A stretch of 64,000 nt of DNA, from NCBI GenBank assembly GCA_965208575.1, contig CBDBOV010000002.1:160001-224000 (forward strand). The letters are read 5' to 3'. Below, one piece after another: positions 60,493 to 64,000 of the stretch. The notes beneath the pieces were generated by a model that worked only from the letters and a program-made list of their open reading frames with translations, made no database searches and was not told where the DNA came from. The DNA comes from Spirochaetia bacterium (GTDB lineage Bacteria; Spirochaetota; Spirochaetia; SZUA-6; Bin103). The position numbers were made by a program, and so were the translations under genes. Position 1 is the first letter of the stretch, and each line of letters opens with the position of its first letter.

Positions 60493-61197
60493 TTCTTGCG
60501 TCCCGATGCGCTACTGGCGGAGGTGGTGGGTACCTTCGCGCTCGTGTTTGCCGCTACCGGCTCGATCATGGTCAACGACATGTCCGGCGGCGTGGTGACC
60601 CACATCGGCGTGGCCGCCGCGCCGGGGCTGGTGGTGGCGGCGATGATCTACGCGGTGGGAGACATCTCCGCCGCCCACTTCAACCCCGCCGTGACGATCG
60701 GGTTCTGGAGCGTCGGCCGGCTGCCGGCCCGCCTGGTGGTGCCTTACATCGCCAGCCAGGTGGTGGGCGCGGTGCTGGCCAGCTTCGCCCTGTGGCTGCT
60801 GCTGCCGGAGCACCGCGGCCTGATGGGCGCCCATGTTCCCGCCATCCCGGCGGCGCCGTCGGTGGCGATGGAGGTGATTCTCACCTTCTTCCTGATGTTC
60901 GTGATCCTGGGCGTGATCGGCTTCCTCAACGCCGCCCCCGGCGCCGACAGGATCAACCGGCAGCCGTCCTCCGGCCTGGCGGTCGGGGCGGTGGTCGCGC
61001 TGGCGATCTGGTTCGCCGGCCCCACCAGCGGCGCCTCCATGAACCCGGCGCGCTCGCTGGCCCCGGCCCTGTTCGCGGTAGAGCCGCTGCAGTACCTGTG
61101 GATCTACGTGATCGGCCCGGTCGGCGGCGCCCTCCTCGCCGGCCTCGCCGGCCGCCTCATCCGCCACACCAGCCGCGCCAGCCGCGCCACGAAGTGA
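60466..61197 (+). CDS. MIP family aquaporin
   Basis: AEVVGTFALVF, ISAAHFNPAVT, SGASMNPARS. Confidence 0.9.
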   Translation: MTAPSGSLRFLRPDALLAEVVGTFALVFAATGSIMVNDMSGGVVTHIGVAAAPGLVVAAMIYAVGDISAAHFNPAVTIGFWSVGRLPARLVVPYIASQVVGAVLASFALWLLLPEHRGLMGAHVPAIPAAPSVAMEVILTFFLMFVILGVIGFLNAAPGADRINRQPSSGLAVGAVVALAIWFAGPTSGASMNPARSLAPALFAVEPLQYLWIYVIGPVGGALLAGLAGRLIRHTSRASRATK

Positions 61198-61228
61198 CAC
61201 TCGCCGTGGCGCCGCGCGTAAAGCTGGA

Positions 61229-62251
61229 TTAGCTGCCGGCGGTGCCTACGGCGTCGAGCCAGGCCTGTTTGGCGGCGTCGAGGGCGGCCTGGTGGGCCGG
61301 GAAGTAGCCCACGTCGATCACTTCCTCGTTGACGTAGGTCAGGTAGAAGTTCACGAACGCGGCCACCTGCGGCTTCTCGGTCATGATGTCCGCGGTGGTG
61401 TAGATGAACATCGGGCGGGCGAGCGGGTAGGAGGCGTCGTCGACGCTCTCGGTGCTCGCCTCGACGCCGTCGATGTCGAGCACGTTCAGCTTGTCCGCGT
61501 TCTCGGTGTAATAGGCGTAGCCGAAGAAGCCCACCGAGTAGGGGCCGCCGAGGACGCCCTGCACCAGGATGTTGTCATCCTCGCTCATCTGCAGGTTGCC
61601 GGCGCTCAGGATCGGCTCTTCGTCCTTGTCGAACACCGCTTCCACGAAGTAGTCGAAGGTGCCGCTGTCGGTGCCGGGAATGAAGCGCTGGATCGGCTCG
61701 TCGGGCCAGTCGGAGTTGACGTCGCTCCAGTTGGCGGCGGTGCTGAACAGGGCGTGGAGCTGCTCCATGCTGACGTTGTCGGCGAAGGTGTTGTCCCGGC
61801 TCACCACCACGGCGAGCGCATCGGTGCCGACGCGCATCTCGATCGGCTCGCGACCGATCGCCTGGCAGTTGGTCACCTCGGCGCCGTTGATCGCCCGGCT
61901 GGCGTTGGAGACGTCGGTTTCGCCGCTGGAGCAGAAGCGCTCGAAGCCGGCGCCGGTGCCGATGCTGTCGACGCTGATGTTGCCGGGGAAGCCTTCATCC
62001 TTGAACCGCTCCACCATGCGCTCGGAGAGCGGAAACACGGTGGAGCTGCCGGCGGTGACGATGTTGCCCGGTACGTCGAGCGGGTTGATGCCGGGAAGCA
62101 TCGGATCGTCGGACTCCTCGTTCATAATGAACGACCAGGCGCCGCCGGCGTCCTCGCCGGAGCCCCTGGCCATCGCCGTGGTACCGGCCGCCAGGTACGC
62201 CAGCACCGCCAGCAGGGCGGCGGCGCGCGCGAACAGAGATAGGTGAAACAA
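61229..62251 (-). CDS. pstS: phosphate ABC transporter substrate-binding protein
   Basis: AGSSTVFP, GTGAGFERFC, DSGTFDYF, YPLARPMFIY. Confidence 0.9.
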   Translation of the reverse strand: MFHLSLFARAAALLAVLAYLAAGTTAMARGSGEDAGGAWSFIMNEESDDPMLPGINPLDVPGNIVTAGSSTVFPLSERMVERFKDEGFPGNISVDSIGTGAGFERFCSSGETDVSNASRAINGAEVTNCQAIGREPIEMRVGTDALAVVVSRDNTFADNVSMEQLHALFSTAANWSDVNSDWPDEPIQRFIPGTDSGTFDYFVEAVFDKDEEPILSAGNLQMSEDDNILVQGVLGGPYSVGFFGYAYYTENADKLNVLDIDGVEASTESVDDASYPLARPMFIYTTADIMTEKPQVAAFVNFYLTYVNEEVIDVGYFPAHQAALDAAKQAWLDAVGTAGS

Positions 62252-62343
62252 GAGCCGTCCTCCTTCGAGACGAGTGAGATGCCTCGAAAGTGGAGGGCGC
62301 CCTTTAGCGTTTCAACAGGTAACCGTTAGCTTTGTGTAAGGCG

Positions 62344-64000
62344 CTAACGGGTGAGGGTGCTTGGGGCGTCGGCTTCGATGTTCAGGTCGGCGATCGCCTT
62401 CTCGACCAGCTCCTGGTCCACTTCGCCGGCATCGGCCAGGGCGCTCAACGCGGACACGGCGATGTGACGGGCGTCGACCTGGAAGAAGTCGCGCAGCGCC
62501 TCGCGCGTCTCGCTGCGCCCGAAGCCGTCGGTGCCCAGCGCCGCCAGCGGCCCCGGCAGGTGCGGCGCCAGCGCGCGCGGCAGGATCTTCAGGTAGTCGG
62601 ACGCCGCCACGCACACGCCGCGTTCGCCCGCGAACGCCTGCTGCAGGTAGCTGTGCCGCTGCTCGCCGGGATGCAGCGCGTTCCAGCGCTCCACCTCGTT
62701 GATGTCGTTGTACAGCTCCTTGTAGCTGGTCACGCTCCACACGTCCGCGGCGACGCCGTAGCCGTCCAGCAGCTCGGCGGCGGCGCGCGCCTCGTTCAGG
62801 ATGGTGCCGCTGCCGAGCAGGTGCGCGCGCGGCTTGTCCTCGCCGGCAGGCGAGTGCGCCAGCCGGTAGATACCGCGCAGGATGCCCTCCTCGGCGCCCT
62901 CCGGCATCGCCGGCATGGCGTAGTTCTCGTTCATCACCGTCAGGTAGTAGAACAGGCTCTCCTGGCGCACGAACATGCGCTCGATGCCGTCGCGGATGAT
63001 CACCGCCAGCTCGAACGCGTAGGCGGGATCGTACGCCTTCAGGTTGGGGATGCTGAGGGCGGCGACGTGGCTGTGGCCGTCCTGGTGCTGCAGGCCCTCC
63101 CCGTTCAGGGTGGTGCGCCCGGCGGTGCCGCCGAGGAAGAACCCCTTGGCGCGCATGTCGCCGGCCGCCCAGATCAGGTCGCCCACGCGCTGGAAGCCGA
63201 ACATCGAGTAGAAGATGTAGAACGGGATGATGTTGATGCCGTGGGTGGCGTAGGCGGTGCCGGCGGCGATGAAGCTGGAGAACGAGCCCGCCTCGGTGAT
63301 GCCCTCTTCGAGCACCTGGCCGTCGGTGGCCTCGCGGTAGTAGAGCAGGTTCTCGCGGTCGACCGGCTCGTACAACTGGCCCAGGCTGCTGTAGATGCCC
63401 ACCTGGCGGAACAGCGCCTCCATGCCGAAGGTGCGCGCCTCGTCCGGCACGATGGGCGCCAGCAGCTTGCCGAGCGCCTTGTCGCGCAACAGCTTGGACA
63501 GGATGCGCACGAACACCATGGTGGTCGATACCTCGCGTCCGTCGGTGCCGGCGTAGAACTCCTCGAACAGTGCCTCCGGCGGTGCCGGCAACGGCGGCGC
63601 CTGCGGCCCCCGGTGCGGCAGGTAGCCGCCGAGGGCGTGCCGCTGCCGGTGCAGGTACTGCATCTCCTCGCTGTCCTCGGGCGGCCGGTAGAACGGCGCC
63701 TTGGCCACCTGGTCGTCCGAGATCGGAATGCCGAAGCGGGTGCGGAAGGTGGCGAGTTCGTCTTCGTTCAGCTTCTTCTGCTGGTGGGTGACGTTCTTGC
63801 CCTCGCCGCCCTCGCCGAGGCCGTAGCCCTTGATGGTCTGCGCCAGGATCACGGTCGGGGCGCCGCGGTGCTGCACGGCGGCCTGGTAGGCGGCGTACAC
63901 CTTCTCCGGGTCGTGCCCGCCGCGCCGGAGCTTGCGGAGCTGGTCGTCGGAGTGGTTTCTGACCATCTCCAGCAGCCGCGGATCGGCGCCGAAGAAGTCC
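62344..64000 (-). CDS. aceE: pyruvate dehydrogenase E1 (homodimeric), 5' part outside the window
   Basis: RGGHDP, TIKGYG, PDEARTFGME, EEGITEAG, GEGLQHQDGHS, GTDGFGRS. Confidence 0.95.
   Translation of the reverse strand, partial: DFFGADPRLLEMVRNHSDDQLRKLRRGGHDPEKVYAAYQAAVQHRGAPTVILAQTIKGYGLGEGGEGKNVTHQQKKLNEDELATFRTRFGIPISDDQVAKAPFYRPPEDSEEMQYLHRQRHALGGYLPHRGPQAPPLPAPPEALFEEFYAGTDGREVSTTMVFVRILSKLLRDKALGKLLAPIVPDEARTFGMEALFRQVGIYSSLGQLYEPVDRENLLYYREATDGQVLEEGITEAGSFSSFIAAGTAYATHGINIIPFYIFYSMFGFQRVGDLIWAAGDMRAKGFFLGGTAGRTTLNGEGLQHQDGHSHVAALSIPNLKAYDPAYAFELAVIIRDGIERMFVRQESLFYYLTVMNENYAMPAMPEGAEEGILRGIYRLAHSPAGEDKPRAHLLGSGTILNEARAAAELLDGYGVAADVWSVTSYKELYNDINEVERWNALHPGEQRHSYLQQAFAGERGVCVAASDYLKILPRALAPHLPGPLAALGTDGFGRSETREALRDFFQVDARHIAVSALSALADAGEVDQELVEKAIADLNIEADAPSTLTR

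Noticed and set aside
1-64000. tRNA, rRNA or riboswitch genes
   Set aside because: None recognised by eye; a covariance-model search would be needed to exclude them.

Overview
A GC-rich bacterial window. Inference only: the TatT lipoprotein, the 'GGAEQE'-type solute-binding protein and the many sulfatases suggest a Spirochaetota-like, possibly host-associated genome. Intact housekeeping genes (serC, aroA, purA, pyrG, xylA, fba, rlmN, lpdA, aceF, aceE, pstS) are interleaved with many accessory genes: three sulfatases plus a formylglycine-generating enzyme, an NfeD/two-flotillin operon, a sugar ABC transporter, three toxin-antitoxin pairs, an N4/N6 methyltransferase with an internally deleted restriction gene, an IS3, an IS91-type transposase/tyrosine-recombinase element, a 7x CARDB lipoprotein and many gene remnants. 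The most striking unexplained structure is a family of three related HNH-nuclease elements (21.1-21.95 kb, 43.5-47.4 kb, 57.4-60.5 kb). They share parts of a long conserved non-coding leader; two also share a 3' end, and the ORF carries an array of short DNA palindromes at a period of about 81 nt. One copy is an internally deleted, MITE-like derivative lying next to a tandem array of duplicated fba promoter/start segments. Other highlights are a dif-like circle junction on the IS91/integrase element, an unannotated Pro-rich micropeptide behind an IS-disrupted membrane protein, a TIGR04255-like three-gene module and widespread leaderless-type promoters. All family assignments come from motif recognition, not database searches.
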